From the NCBI GenBank assembly GCA_000002445.1, contig CH464491.1, forward strand, positions 2,112,001 through 2,176,000: a stretch of DNA of 64,000 nt, given 5' to 3'. Shown piece by piece: positions 33,107 through 45,593 of this stretch. Below the pieces are notes generated by a model, which worked only from the letters and a program-made list of their open reading frames with translations, did not search any database and had not been told where the DNA came from. Each line of letters opens with the position of its first letter. Within the stretch, counting starts at the first letter, position 1. The DNA comes from Trypanosoma brucei. Its lineage: Eukaryota. A program made the translations under genes and the position numbers.

Positions 33107-33762
33107 AAGGAAGAAGTGGGTGATATCCGGCGAAAGAAATAAGTAGAAGTCAAAATAAGATACAGAGAAGTTGGTCAGGCAGAGAGAGAAAGAATAACCA
33201 GAAACGGCGACTGTCCTTCGGCGTTAATCCACCTATAGGCGTTAAGGACTCCGTTATTTTATCGTTTCACTTACTCAACCGTTTATACACACACGCGCAG
33301 CTGCAGAATGAATGCAACCGTGCAGTGCCCTTTTTTGACTCATTATTTTTCCCCGGACGATGCACATTTCATACGTAAATAAAGTAGCGAATCACTTTAC
33401 ACTTGATGGAAGATCTGCACAAACATAACAAACCTTCACCAAAAAGCTCTGTCTGCTTGATACCGCCACGAGGTCGCGAAGGGTTGCAGTGGACTAAGAA
33501 AAAAAAAAGATGAAACGAAGGGGAAAAAGTAAAACCGACAAACATTTGCCGACCGCCACCAAATGCCTCCTAATCTGAATCGAAGCGGTACGCCGCATCA
33601 AATTACTGAGCCCACAACATGTTATTCCCTTCCTTGATCACAACAACCATTCCGCTCACAAACACGCCTGGCAAATGAAGTGCCCCCGTTGACCAACAAA
33701 ACAACAGCGAAGACGTCATCACATCGGCTCCCGCTAGCCACTACCTCCATACTTCTTTAACA

Positions 33763-35091
33763 TTACATGCCGCCACCCATCATTGCCGCTAAATCCATTC
33801 CCCCTCCCATACCCATATTTTCCAACATCATCTGTTGCATCATTTGATTCTGCCGCATCTGTTGCAGCTGCTTTCGCCTTGCTTCTTCATCCGCCATGCG
33901 GCGCTCCGCGATCTGCGAACGGTAACGCTCCAAATACCTTTGCACCTTGCTTGTGCACTGTGGTACATGCGATAGAAGTTGCACGAGCACCTCAGCACGA
34001 TCCCGCAGGACCTTGTCTGACGCACGGCACCAAATTTCGAACATGGTAGAAATTATGTCTGTCTTTTCCGCCACGTTATGGAAAAACTTCGGCCCTTCTT
34101 TGCTGTCGAACATAACCAACAGAATTGAAAGAACGGAATTGATTATACGTGGATCACTTGTTGCGGAAAAGTTTTCGGCCAGCCGGCAGAGGTTTTCTTC
34201 CTCTGCCAACTCTGCGTGGCCTATGCCCGATCGAGCGAGGTAGCGGATCGTCATGATGCAATGTTCCGCAACACCCTGATTGTTATGCTCGAGAAGGCGC
34301 AAGAAATACGAAATTCCGCTGTGCCCATCAAGTCCGCGCCCAATCACAACAGCACCAGCGCGTAGTGCACAGACATTTGCAAATATGCCTGTAAGGGAGC
34401 TGAGGAGCACAATTGAGCTCTGTGGATTCAGCACACGGAGCATCTTCACGGTTGCTGGAATGCGAGCCAACGCATAAGCTCCCTCTGACCCGACAGGGAC
34501 ATCCGTATCGAGTATAACCTCCGAATCGTCTACACGCGTGAGTGTGTGCAAAACCTCCGCCGTCTCTTCGAGAAGTGGTTGCAACCCCTGCCGGTGTGCC
34601 TCGCTCAGTGTCGTAAGAAGAGTACGATAACCGCCCAACATGTACAACTTTCGATGGCCCGCTGCGTCGGCGCCGAAAATGACAACAAGTGCCTTGATCG
34701 CCGCTCTTACAACAGTCGCGTTGGAGCCATCTTTTTGCAAGGCGGCGAGACGCACAAGTGTGGAGCCATGTCTTTCAGCAGAGAGGCGAGTCATACCTTT
34801 CTTCTGGGCGGATTCTTCCTTTATTTTGGAAACGATTTTGGCAATGGCAGTCTCGCTCTCACATCCCGTCTGAGCCGTACTAATTGCTTTGAAGTCAGCA
34901 TCCAGTGATGATAGAAGGTCGTACCGCTCGTGGTAAAGTGAAAATAGAGAGGCGAAGGAGAGGGCCGCGACACCTCCACGGAAGAGGAACTTCCAAATTT
35001 CTGGGTTGATCGGCGACTCCATACCACACTTTATAATTTTCCCTCCTCTTATTTTGTTCTCGCCTCCCTTGCTCCTTTTCGACAGCAACAC
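33763..35091 (-). CDS. Hypothetical protein, possibly helical-repeat (ARM/HEAT-like), with a Q/M/G-rich C-terminus.
   Basis: The 442-aa ORF is well formed. The C-terminus reads RRKQLQQMRQNQMMQQMMLENMGMGGGMDLAAMMGGGM. The body has repeated hydrophobic and Ala-rich helices. I can call no domain securely. Confidence 0.45.
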   Translation of the reverse strand: MLLSKRSKGGENKIRGGKIIKCGMESPINPEIWKFLFRGGVAALSFASLFSLYHERYDLLSSLDADFKAISTAQTGCESETAIAKIVSKIKEESAQKKGMTRLSAERHGSTLVRLAALQKDGSNATVVRAAIKALVVIFGADAAGHRKLYMLGGYRTLLTTLSEAHRQGLQPLLEETAEVLHTLTRVDDSEVILDTDVPVGSEGAYALARIPATVKMLRVLNPQSSIVLLSSLTGIFANVCALRAGAVVIGRGLDGHSGISYFLRLLEHNNQGVAEHCIMTIRYLARSGIGHAELAEEENLCRLAENFSATSDPRIINSVLSILLVMFDSKEGPKFFHNVAEKTDIISTMFEIWCRASDKVLRDRAEVLVQLLSHVPQCTSKVQRYLERYRSQIAERRMADEEARRKQLQQMRQNQMMQQMMLENMGMGGGMDLAAMMGGGM

Positions 35092-35201
35092 AAGTTTACC
35101 GATTAATGATTACTCGTTATGTGACTAACTCACTCTTCTACTTGTGCGATAGTATTAACCACCCTTAGACACCAATAGGGGAAAATGGTATAAATAAATA
35201 A

Positions 35202-35241
<40 letters not shown>

Positions 35242-35616
35242 TTATTTATGGGCAGTCAATCAAAAAAGACGCACAATACAAGTGAAAAAAAAAAATCAGT
35301 GCACCATGAGGTGTGTAACGAACCGAGTGCGCTGAGATATTGATGGTGAAAAGTGATAAGTGGCAGGTGATTGGGGGGAGGAATGTCGATATGTCTCATC
35401 CCTCACAGCCGCTTCGGATGTCGTCTGGCATATATCAAAAGTAAACAGACATATATATTCATGTAGCGAGAGCAGAAGCCGGAAAAGTGAACTTGGATGC
35501 GGATAAAGCATTGAACATACTCCCTGAGGGAAACGAAAGATGGAAGGATAGAAAACACCGTATCATACCTCACTCCTGGCAGAGAACCAATGCTTTGATC
35601 TGTGCATTTGTAGATG

Positions 35617-36183
35617 CTAAAGATACGGCGCCACCGGCCGCTCTGCAGCGCGTTCTTCCTCAGTCTTAACCATGCTATTCTCATAATTCAAATATTTTTC
35701 CCGGGCCATAACATCCTCATCTTTCCGGTTCGCAAGATAATATCGCATCAAACTTTCCTTGTCGAAGAGTGGCTTTGGCATAATTTTCGAGTTTTGCGTT
35801 AATGAAGGGGGAAGCAACCCCGCCTTCGCCAGAAGTGCCCATGGTTTCATCGACAATCGGCATCGCTTAACACCAAACCAATACTTAAAGGCATCGATAT
35901 CCACCGTTGTTAACATAAACAAGTGACGGTCCTGTGCCACAGGGGTATCAGGGGACCAAAGAGACTTCTGCGGGTGTGGGCAGTGCTTTCCAAGATAATG
36001 CAGCAATCGAATATCGGAGTTGCGCCGCTTGTGTGTGTGCTCCACTACGAGATCGTACGACTGGAATTTCCATACAACATGATGTCCACGCATGCGAATG
36101 ATCGGTGCCCCAGGTGCACCCCATAACTGTGGTGAGCGCCGCTTAATTACAGCCCTCGCAAGCACCGTTTCTGTCACTTGCAT
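35617..36183 (-). CDS. Small conserved hypothetical protein, possibly mitochondrial.
   Basis: The 188-aa ORF is on the same strand as its neighbours. The N-terminus is basic (MQVTETVLARAVIKRRSPQLWGAP) and the C-terminus is acidic. I recognise no domain. Confidence 0.4.
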   Translation of the reverse strand: MQVTETVLARAVIKRRSPQLWGAPGAPIIRMRGHHVVWKFQSYDLVVEHTHKRRNSDIRLLHYLGKHCPHPQKSLWSPDTPVAQDRHLFMLTTVDIDAFKYWFGVKRCRLSMKPWALLAKAGLLPPSLTQNSKIMPKPLFDKESLMRYYLANRKDEDVMAREKYLNYENSMVKTEEERAAERPVAPYL

Positions 36184-37677
36184 GTTGCAACGTGTGTAAC
36201 TTCTCAGAAGTTATGTTATGGAATGCCAAAGCACTTTAAACGGCACCAAAAAAAAAAAAAGAAAAAAGAAAGAGGCGAGACTGTGAGAGGAGAAGCGCTA
36301 AAGAACACGGAGGCTCAAAGGCGCGCGCTCAACCTGTCACTTCCTAATGCTGTGGGCACGATACTTCCCCTCTACCCTACAAAAAAAAAAAAAAGATTCT
36401 TTTCTGTCTATAAAGTCGTTTTCAACTGGAATGAAAATAAGGTTGAACAAAAACGAAGAAGAAGCAAAGTGGGGATGGTTTCTTTTTCTTTTTTTTCCCA
36501 CACCCATCGACAAGAGAAAAAAACATCACACACTTCACTTGAAGCAGAAAACTTCCAGTGGCAAGTTGCACTTCCCAAAGGTACAAACCGAGTGAACGCG
36601 TACACGCAAGCACGAAAAAGCATGGGATGAAAGGTGCAACTCCTCCCTCTGCATACATTATGGTTGAACAGTAAACGGTGGTACAAGTATATAAAGCGTA
36701 CAGTAAATAGTTCAAGACACACCACATACTTTTTCACAAGGCAAAAAAGAGGGGGGAAAAAAAAGAGAACAAAAAAAAGCGGTAAAATATTTTTTAAAAA
36801 ACGGATGGCAATACATCAGCCTCCATATATAAATATACACGTATGCACACAGGTATTTGTATTAAAATGTGATTACATTAAGGGGCAATTACAGGGTAAC
36901 CATAGACAAATTTGACTTTACCTGTGGTTTACTCTCGGTACAAGTAAAGAAGAAAAGCGAAGGGAAAAAAAAGGAGGAAGAAATTCCTCCTGACCTCAAC
37001 ACACGACAGTAACAATTAAGACGAAGACACTCCCAGTCACATCAACCGCCGCATAAATTTTTTGTAGTTAATTCTCCTTCTTCCCCTAATTTCCATCTTG
37101 AATCCTTTTTTATACGCATCGCTGAAAAACCAGCTTTTCGCCCAGGTCAAAGCATTAACCCTCAGTACGGTCTCAGTCACAAATACAAATGGTGCTTGCG
37201 TCTCCCTCCTCCATCAGGAACCACATGAGTTCAAGAAAAAGGGGGAATTAAAAAAAAATAATTGTCGGGTTAGAATTGGAAAGGGGAATTGAAAGCGGAG
37301 TGAAGTGGAAGGGAAGAAAAATGACCAACCTAATCGAATATGTACAAATAACACTTAAACAATTATATATAATAATATACGTTGGGTACAATACAATGGC
37401 GTGATTGTTGAATCAAAGCAATAATACAAGAAATAAAAAAAAGAACAAAACATCACAGCCAGTGAAAGAAACAAAAACACTACGAGACACAACCACACAC
37501 GCCAACAGGGTTACCTTTCTTATTTTTTTTTTTGTTACGCCCCCTTTGGGGTTGTTTTTGCTGTTACTGTCATTATTTCTTTTCTTTTCTTTTCTTTTTT
37601 TCTAAAATTTCTTTCGGAAAAAAAAAACCCCCGTTTCTGCCCTGCCGTGTGTTGTTAATGTCGAGCTCACGGAACCT

Positions 37678-38397
37678 TCATACACGACGCAGTCCCCGCC
37701 GCATACCGACAGCGAGAGCCAAATAACCCAAAACCCCCGGCGCAACCCCACCGAATCCGAGTTTTGTCGACACATGTCGCATTCGATTCTCCACAAGATA
37801 ACTTAAGTCGTCGGCATTTACCACACCATCACCATTGGCATCAGCAAGTTCTTTTACCTTTCGCTTGAAAGCCGCCTCCAGCAGCTGTTGCTCGATAAAA
37901 TTCCTCTGCGCCAAAAATTGCAAACCGGTGTAGACGGTGGCTCCGGCCAGTGTAATGAAATATTTCCTCGCATACACGCGTCGAATAACGCGACCGGTGA
38001 GGTATCCGGAGCCAATACCAACCAACCATTGACCAGCCCATGGAATTACCGTGTCGAGAGTGTCGCTGTTGTTACGAATTGCTCCTTTTAGTTTGCTTTC
38101 GTATATGGTTTGAAGGTCCCGTGGCGTGACATGTCCATCACCATCGGCGTCCAGCGCCTTGACAAGTCCTTCCGACATGCGCCTTCCCGCATCGCTCTCC
38201 ACAAACATGCGGACATCCTCATGGGAGGACATTCGGCCAATGAGTTTATCTTTCAAATCAAAAATGTAATTGAAGAGTGGAAGTGTCTCATCTTGTTTGT
38301 GTGGCCTCCCAAATGTTGCAATGTAGTCGAGAGCATTTTCCAAATCTTTAGAATTTAACATTTTCTGCCGCTGTTGCTGGTGTTGTTCCGTCGCCAT
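37678..38397 (-). CDS. EF-hand calcium-binding membrane protein.
   Basis: The 239-aa ORF has two canonical EF-hand loops, DADGDGHVTPRDL and DANGDGVVNADDL. They flank hydrophobic and glycine-rich putative TM segments (VIPWAGQWLVGIGSGYLTG, FITLAGATVYTGLQFLA). There is another hydrophobic C-terminal segment (VAPGVLGYLALAVGM). Confidence 0.6.
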   Translation of the reverse strand: MATEQHQQQRQKMLNSKDLENALDYIATFGRPHKQDETLPLFNYIFDLKDKLIGRMSSHEDVRMFVESDAGRRMSEGLVKALDADGDGHVTPRDLQTIYESKLKGAIRNNSDTLDTVIPWAGQWLVGIGSGYLTGRVIRRVYARKYFITLAGATVYTGLQFLAQRNFIEQQLLEAAFKRKVKELADANGDGVVNADDLSYLVENRMRHVSTKLGFGGVAPGVLGYLALAVGMRRGLRRV

Positions 38398-38399
38398 TT

Positions 38400-41300
38400 T
38401 TTTTGTTTTTTGTTTGTTTGTTGCTTGTGTTGTTTTGTTTTGTTTTTGCTTCCTAGTAAAAAAACTTCCACACGCACAAGTTATTCCACCCTTTTGGACC
38501 TCTGTTCCTTTTCTTTTTGTCTATGGATATGTTAATATGTATGGCCTTCAAAGGGGTCTTATGAAAGCAAAATAATAATAATAATAATGTTGCCTAAAAC
38601 CTTGAGTTTCCTTCCTTTTTCCCTTAATTAATAATGTTTGCACTAATAACGCAGTAGGGAAGCTGAAGGGGTGTGCAATTGAGAAGATTGAGGGTAAAAG
38701 AGAAAAAGAGAAAAAGAAATATAATAACCCCGCGCATAAGCGTGAAGGACAAAGTGACTGGAAGGGAGAAGGAAAATAAAGAAAAGGAGTGTGAAAAGAG
38801 GGGAAATAAGAGGGGGGGGAGGAAATGAGAGGAACCGTTAAATAGAAGATAGTGAAAGAACGTAAAAATTATTAGTATAAATAATAAAAAGAAACGTAAA
38901 TTTATTAAATGCTCTTCGTGGTGGGTGAAAGGCTACCATCATGCTCAGGGATCATGAAGAAAAGAAGCAGAGGGATTATTTTTTTTTTTTGCGGCATACG
39001 TGTGTTTGTGTTTTTTTTCGGAATGTGGGGAAGTGGCGGGAATTTGTTGTTTTTTTTTTTTTAAAAAAAAGAAAAAGAAAAACAGAAAGAGGAATGAAGC
39101 GCGTTGGAGGGGGGGGGGGGTGGCGGGCACAAGTGGTAATGAACAGCTACATCCCCACAGTTCAATAAACTCGTTTAATGTTGAACGGAGAATAATGAAT
39201 GGTAAAAACAGACAGACAAACAACAACGAAAAATAGAAGAAAAAGACGGAACAAAAATGAATATCGAAGCCCATGGCTTATCTCCACAATACGCAAATAT
39301 ATAAATATATAAATATATTTACATGTATTTATTGACTCCCTCCCCACACACACCTTCCTCCGTACCTCTGTACGCAAAGAAAAGAAAAAAAAAGAAAAAA
39401 TGCGAATGACCGCAGCCATCCACAACTCAAGTGAATGACGAAACAAACGAAAAATAATTCCTCCACTGGGGTTTGCCACCACTCGCAACCCGCTAGTCTC
39501 CCAACCACAATAAATGGAAACAATAGTAAGTGCAATGAGTAGAAAAAACAAAAAAACAAAAAAACAAAAAACAAAAAACAAAAAACATACGAATTGCAAT
39601 TTTAAAAAAAAACGACCAAAAAAGCGGGTAAAACAGGGGAGGATGGAAAGAAAGAGTTTAAGTGCCTCCTGCACTCCTTTTGTTCATTTATTTCCTTTTG
39701 GTTTTTTTTTCGTTTATTCAACGGTACAAACCGAAATATCTGTGTATTATTAGTTACTTTTTGTTCTCCTAAACCTACACTCTCAAACCAAGCAAACAAA
39801 CACAAACACAAGCACACACATACGTACATGAATTAATAACAATAACAATAATAATAGCACTCTGTTTTGTCGTGCATATTATATGTATGATGTATAACAT
39901 ATTTTCTCAAACAAAACAAAACAAAACACTTCAAGCAGTATCCTAAGCGCAAATTTTTTTTTAAAAAACGCCCGTAAAACCGAAAAAAAAACAAAGGGGA
40001 AGAGGAAGGGGGTGGGTGAATACCACCGGCATTGCCAGGTTGAATCAGTACCTCAAGCAACAGTTTGTGATGTATTAATTCAAATATTCGTGCGTGAAGC
40101 GTATAATTGAGTTTCTGGACACGCAAGCGGTGGGAATATGCAACACAAAAGAAAAAAAAGAAAGAAAAAAAAGAAAAAAGTGGTGTGGCATATAACGCAG
40201 TGAAACGGTACAGCAAAAACAGAAGGAATCGCATGAGGCATTCAACAAAAGTAGAAAAGGAAACAAAAGAATGAAACGAATTATTCGCCAACGCGAGTTT
40301 GAGTAAAAGGAAGAGATAATAACAAGTGGTTAACAGCTCGCCTCCCCTCCTCCTATACATACATAAACACATGTGCCTTTCCCCCAAAAAAAACCTTCTC
40401 AAAAAAGTAAGAAACGAAAAAAAAAAGTAAGAAGAAAAAAAAAACACCGAAAACGAGTGAGGAACAAAAAAAAACATCAAAGTAAATTTTAAAAAAAAAG
40501 AAAAGAAAAAAGAAAAAAGAGAAGACAAGCGGAACTCCAAAAGGTCCATTATTTCTCCTCCTCCGTCCCACCGGAACGCACCATTTGCAACAACAACAAC
40601 CAAAAAAAAAAGAAAAAAAATGAAACAAATAATGAGCCGCTCTCATGCAAGAGATAAAAAAAGGAGACGGGGGAGGTCGTATAAACAAGAGTTCGAAAAG
40701 AAACTAAAACGAACAAAAAGAAAAAAAGAAAACAAAAGAAGATATATGCGGTTATTAACAACTTGTCCCGCAGTACGTCCCGCAATATTTCAACATTTGG
40801 CCCCAGTTTGGATAATTTCATCAGACAATTTCATCACCGAACTCCTCATGACTAAATTGACCCAATGCAATTCTCATTATTATTTTATTATTTTGCTCTT
40901 TGTTGTTTCTTTTTTTTTTTGTCGACTTTCTTCACAACCTCAAAACTGTGAAATTCAAAGTGATCACTGTTGTTTGTTTTTCTTTGTTTATTGTACCCAT
41001 GTGAGAAGTACCAAATAAAGCAATGAAAGCAACAACCCCAGCAATAATAGTAATTAGTAATGAGAAAAACAGGAGAGATAATAAAAGAACTTTGAAAAAA
41101 AAAAAGAAAGAGAGAAATAAATACAACAAACAAAACACAACATCAATAAGAAGTAACAATAAATATAATAATTATAATAATTATAATTATGGTAATAATG
41201 ATGATAACAACAACAACAACAACAAATGGCCTAAAGGATGTATCACAGAGCTAACAACTTCCATGCCCCATCCAGAAAAAACTTCCAACTTTGGGCCACA

Positions 41301-41969
41301 TAATGCAAAAGAAGTGACGTAAGAGGTGAGAAGAAAAGAAGGATTTAAAAAGAAAAAAAAGTAAAAAAGAAGTAAAAAAGGATTACGGCAAACAACAACG
41401 ATGAAACCATTGGCCACCTTTTCAAAGTAAGTTTTATTGTTTTCATTTTTTTTTTCATTTTTTTAATTTTTTTTTTTTAAATCTTTCTTTTCTTCTCACC
41501 TCCTTCTTTGGCATACCCCCTGCCGCGGACTGTCACCTTTGCAGAAACTGGCAAGGTACTCGTCCTTTTAAAAAAAAAAAAACAATAAAAGATCAAAAAG
41601 AAAATTTTCGACTTTATCGAACTCTTTTACATGCACCATCAGCTGTGCTTCATTCTATCATTAAATATTTTTCTTTCTTTTGTTCTTTAAATATTACTCG
41701 AACACGTCAATAATTCCCAACAACTGCAATTGAGCCTCACAATACGCCTTGCCTCCTGTTACCGACACCGATGCGACACAACAAAGCCACATGTATATAT
41801 ATATATGTATATATATGTATATATATGACTACAAATACGAACACAGAATTTTTTTTCAGAAATCAGAGTAAAAACGTAAAAAGAAAAAAAAAGATGTTAG
41901 TAAATAAGGTTTCCCCCATCACTATTAGACGCGCCCTTATATTATACATAATTTCTTCCTAAACACACA

Positions 41970-42007
<38 letters not shown>

Positions 42008-43362
42008 TATATTATTATATATATATATTGCCTTATCCCGCCACTAAATAATAATCCATTAATCCACTAACCGACCCCGCATTAATGTCAAGACGATTTC
42101 TTCCCTCATTATTTTTCGTTCATTATTTTTTTTTAAATAATTTGCATATTCTTTCGTTTCTCTTCTTTTAAAAAAAAAAAAAATACTTTAATCATCCCTT
42201 AAAATACGGACAGTCGCGCAAAGCGGATAATGACAGTAACAACAACAACTACTACTACGTAAACGCCAGTATAATTTGCTTTTCAACTTTTTTTTTTTTT
42301 TACATCTGTACCGCAGTAATTGACACCAAAAAAAAAAAAGGTACACACGCAATAATGTGGGGGGGGGGAGAAAAAAAAAAACAGAAAGTTGTCAAAACGG
42401 TAAAAAAAAAAAAATGATGGGCGTCGCCCGCTCCTCCTCCTCCTCCTCTTCCACCTCCTTTTCACACACATCAGCAAATGTAAAGGCAACCGCAAATGGT
42501 AATTTTTCACACATATACACACAAAAAACAATAAATATTGTTGTTATTATTATTATTATTATTAGTTTTCTTTTCTTTAAAAAAAAAAAACATTTGCCGC
42601 AACGTACATACAGGAAAACATATGTGCGGAAAAAAGTAAGGAGGAGGAAATGGTGGGACCAAAATAAAGAAAAAACAAAAAAAAGAGAACAACAACAACA
42701 ATAATAATAATAATAATAACAGTGTTAATAGTAAGATATTATGAACTACATTAATAACGACAATAATAATAATAATAGTAATAATAATTTTAATAGTGAC
42801 TTACAAGGGGGGAAAAAAAAAACCACGGCGCGCACAGACACACAAACACATAAAAACATACACGTGTATGTGTGTATGCCTTCCCTGCTCTATTATTATT
42901 CTTTTTTTTTTTGTAAAATAATTAATTATATATTTTGTTATCATTAATTTGTTTTCTTTTCTTTGTTTCAATATATTTATTTTTCATTCCCTTTTGTTTG
43001 TCCGTTTTGTCAAAAATGCGGGACCCGTATATTTACATCTTTTGTTCCCACACATTCTTTCTTTCCTTCTTTTTTTCCTGCCCCCCCCCACCTCCCCTCA
43101 ACTGTAATGTAACTCACATCACATCACACATTACATGCGCTCAAACTTCACCTGGTCAAAAAAAAAAAAATGATGATAAAATGGGAGACAAACGTAAGAA
43201 CAACAACAAGAAGAAATAAAGTGAAATAAAAAGAAAAGAAAACATCCCGTCAATTTTCCATTTTATTCAACTGCTTGTGCATTTGATCTTATTTCTTTTT
43301 CTTTTCTCCCTCTTTTTCTCTCTTGTCATTATTATTTCTTCACTTCCCCTCTCCATTCCTCC

Positions 43363-43397
<35 letters not shown>

Positions 43398-45590
43398 GGA
43401 GGGGGATGATTTGTTTTTCCCTCAACATATGAAGGCACATCGCCGTTAATTATATAATTGTACTCGTATTTGTATACGCTTGCATGCCTTTACTGCGGCG
43501 TCTCCCTCCCCTGCTCTCCTTTTCCTTTTCCATTTCCTTTAAAAAAAAAAAAGAAATTGTCGAGAAGAGGAACTCCGAAACAAAAAAAAAGGGAGGGAAA
43601 AGACAAAATAAAGAAGATAAAAGCAAAGTAAAGTAAAGTAAAAAAAAAAAAGTAAAGAAAAGAAAAGTAAAATAATGGAAGCGAGGGCGGAGGAAACCAC
43701 TCAATGCAGATGAGCGTGTGAAATATGTGCAAAGGAAACCAAAACCAAAAAGGGGGAAAAAAAGGAAAGAATGGAGGCTGGTGTGCGACTAAAGATAAGA
43801 TCATACAAAATTATGTCAAAATATGAAAACAAAAATTCCCTTTGTCGTTCTTTCTTTTTTCTTTTTTGTTTGATTTCACTCCAGCAGACATATATATATA
43901 TTTTTTTTTAATAATTTTCCTTCTACCATTACCACCATCCAAACCTTTCTCTTCACCCTCTTCCTTTTAACTTCTCTACATGAAACATACAGAAAATATA
44001 TACATTTACCGTATATTCCATGCGCAACATGTGCATATTCCGAATCCGTACACTCGTATACATTTTTATTTTCATTTTTATTTTTATTTTTATTTTTTAA
44101 AAGGGAAAAGAAAAAAACACAAACACAAACACTTTTTAAAGGCCATTTTCGCATTTCCCTCCACCTCCTGCGTCATGTCATATCAAACTGAAAGCGCAAC
44201 CACACATTTTCAAACACGCAACTCGTGATTAATTGGCACGCAACCATTACGACTTTTTTTTTTCACAAAAAAAAAAAAGAAAGAAAATATCAAAGAACGG
44301 GGAAAAGAAGAAGTCCCTTCCCTTCCCATCCCATTTCTCTCGATCTCTTTTTTTTTTGTTGTTTTTGCTTATTTGTTTGTTTCTTTTGTTTTCTTTTTTC
44401 TTCCCCTCTTTCCCTCTTCTTATTTTAATTTTTTTTTTTAAAAAGAAAAAGAAAACAAAAGTTGATTCGTTTCCAATAAATGTCACCACAGCGTCGGTGG
44501 ATGAGGAGGCACTAAAGTGACGTAAGTCGGAGGTGGTAGTGAAGATTAAAAACACGGGAAAAGCGAAAGGGAAAAAAAGAAAAAAAGAAAAGGGGAAGGG
44601 AAAAAAGAAAAAGAAAAAGAATTAATTCCGATGCCACGTCATTACCAAAAATAGGCGTTTTTTTTCTTTTATTTTTCTTTTTAATTTCCTCTTTTTTACT
44701 TCTTCAAAACCTTACAATCCGCAGGGGCGTGTTTTCGTCAAAGTAATAACGACTAAGCCTCCATCACTACGGCAAGCAATGAATTTAAAAAAAAAAAGAA
44801 TCACAAAAATGAATAAAGAATTCAGCGCCTCACAACATAATTGTAGTAATGAAAAGTAATAATGGCTGATACACAACTTCCCAACTTCCTCCTCTCTCTC
44901 ACATGTGGTCGTTCATACTTTTGAATTTTACAAATAAAGACGAGAAGAAAGCAAAAGGAAATCCAACAATAAAAAACAAAAAGGTAAAAAAGAAAGAAAG
45001 AGAAGAAACCCCCTTTTTTTTTCCTGCTGTTTGACACTTATCTTTTCTTTTCTTTTTTTTCTTTTCTTTTCTTTTTTCTCCTCATGCCCCGCCATGTTAT
45101 TCTTCTTTTTTTCCTCCTCCTCCTCCTCCTCCTCCCATCCACATGGTAAGAACAAACACACATACAAAGACACAAACACAGAAGACAAAGGAAAAAAGAA
45201 AAAACAACAACATTATAAAAGGAGAGAAAACAGGTAGCGGTGGCAGTCATAACAGCAGCAGCATCAACATCAACAGCGACATTAACAGCGACAAAGGTAA
45301 AACCATCCCACTAAAAGAATAGTTACTTAGAAAGAGAACAAAAGAAAATGACAAAACAGGACGAAGGCGTGCGCGCGTGTAGTTATCTTTTTTTTTTTTA
45401 AAAAAAAAGAAAAAGGAAAAAAAGGAAAAGAAGAAAGCGGAACAGTCAGTGGGGAGCGGCCGAGCCTGCGGCGTATTAGTGAAGCAAAGGGTCAAAAAGC
45501 ATTTTTTACCGGCAAAAAAAAAAAGTTTCTTATCGGCCAAATCAATAATATCACAAACACATACCACAAAAAAAAAAAAAGGTAACTGAC
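38400..45590. repeat. A roughly 7.2 kb ORF-free, extremely low-complexity and microsatellite-rich region.
   Basis: There is no ORF with coding-like complexity in any frame. The region is packed with A/T runs, (AAAAAC)n at about 39531..39595, (TA)n at 41781..41830 and 41966..42030, (TTA)n and (CAA/TAA)n at about 42540..42790, (AAAGT)n at about 43620..43660, and (ATTTTT)n at about 44060..44100. It also holds homopolymers G12 at 39109..39120, G10 at 42359..42368, C9 at 43081..43089 and T15 at 43383..43397. Confidence 0.8.
38761..38835 (-). promoter_or_regulatory. Polypyrimidine tract on the minus strand, the likely trans-splice acceptor region for the EF-hand gene.
   Basis: A polypurine run on the + strand (gaagggagaaggaaaataaagaaaaggagtgtgaaaagaggggaaataagaggggggggagg) is polypyrimidine on the coding (minus) strand. 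It lies about 370-440 nt upstream of the ATG at 38397. That this drives SL addition is inference from general kinetoplastid biology. Confidence 0.4.
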
Positions 45591-45593
45591 ACC

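Noticed and set aside
39833-40603. A 256-aa minus-strand ORF, and other 60-170 aa ORFs, inside the 38.4-45.6 kb island.
   Set aside because: They translate homopolymer and microsatellite DNA (FFFSFF, KKKKRK, NNNNN runs). They have no coding-like complexity.
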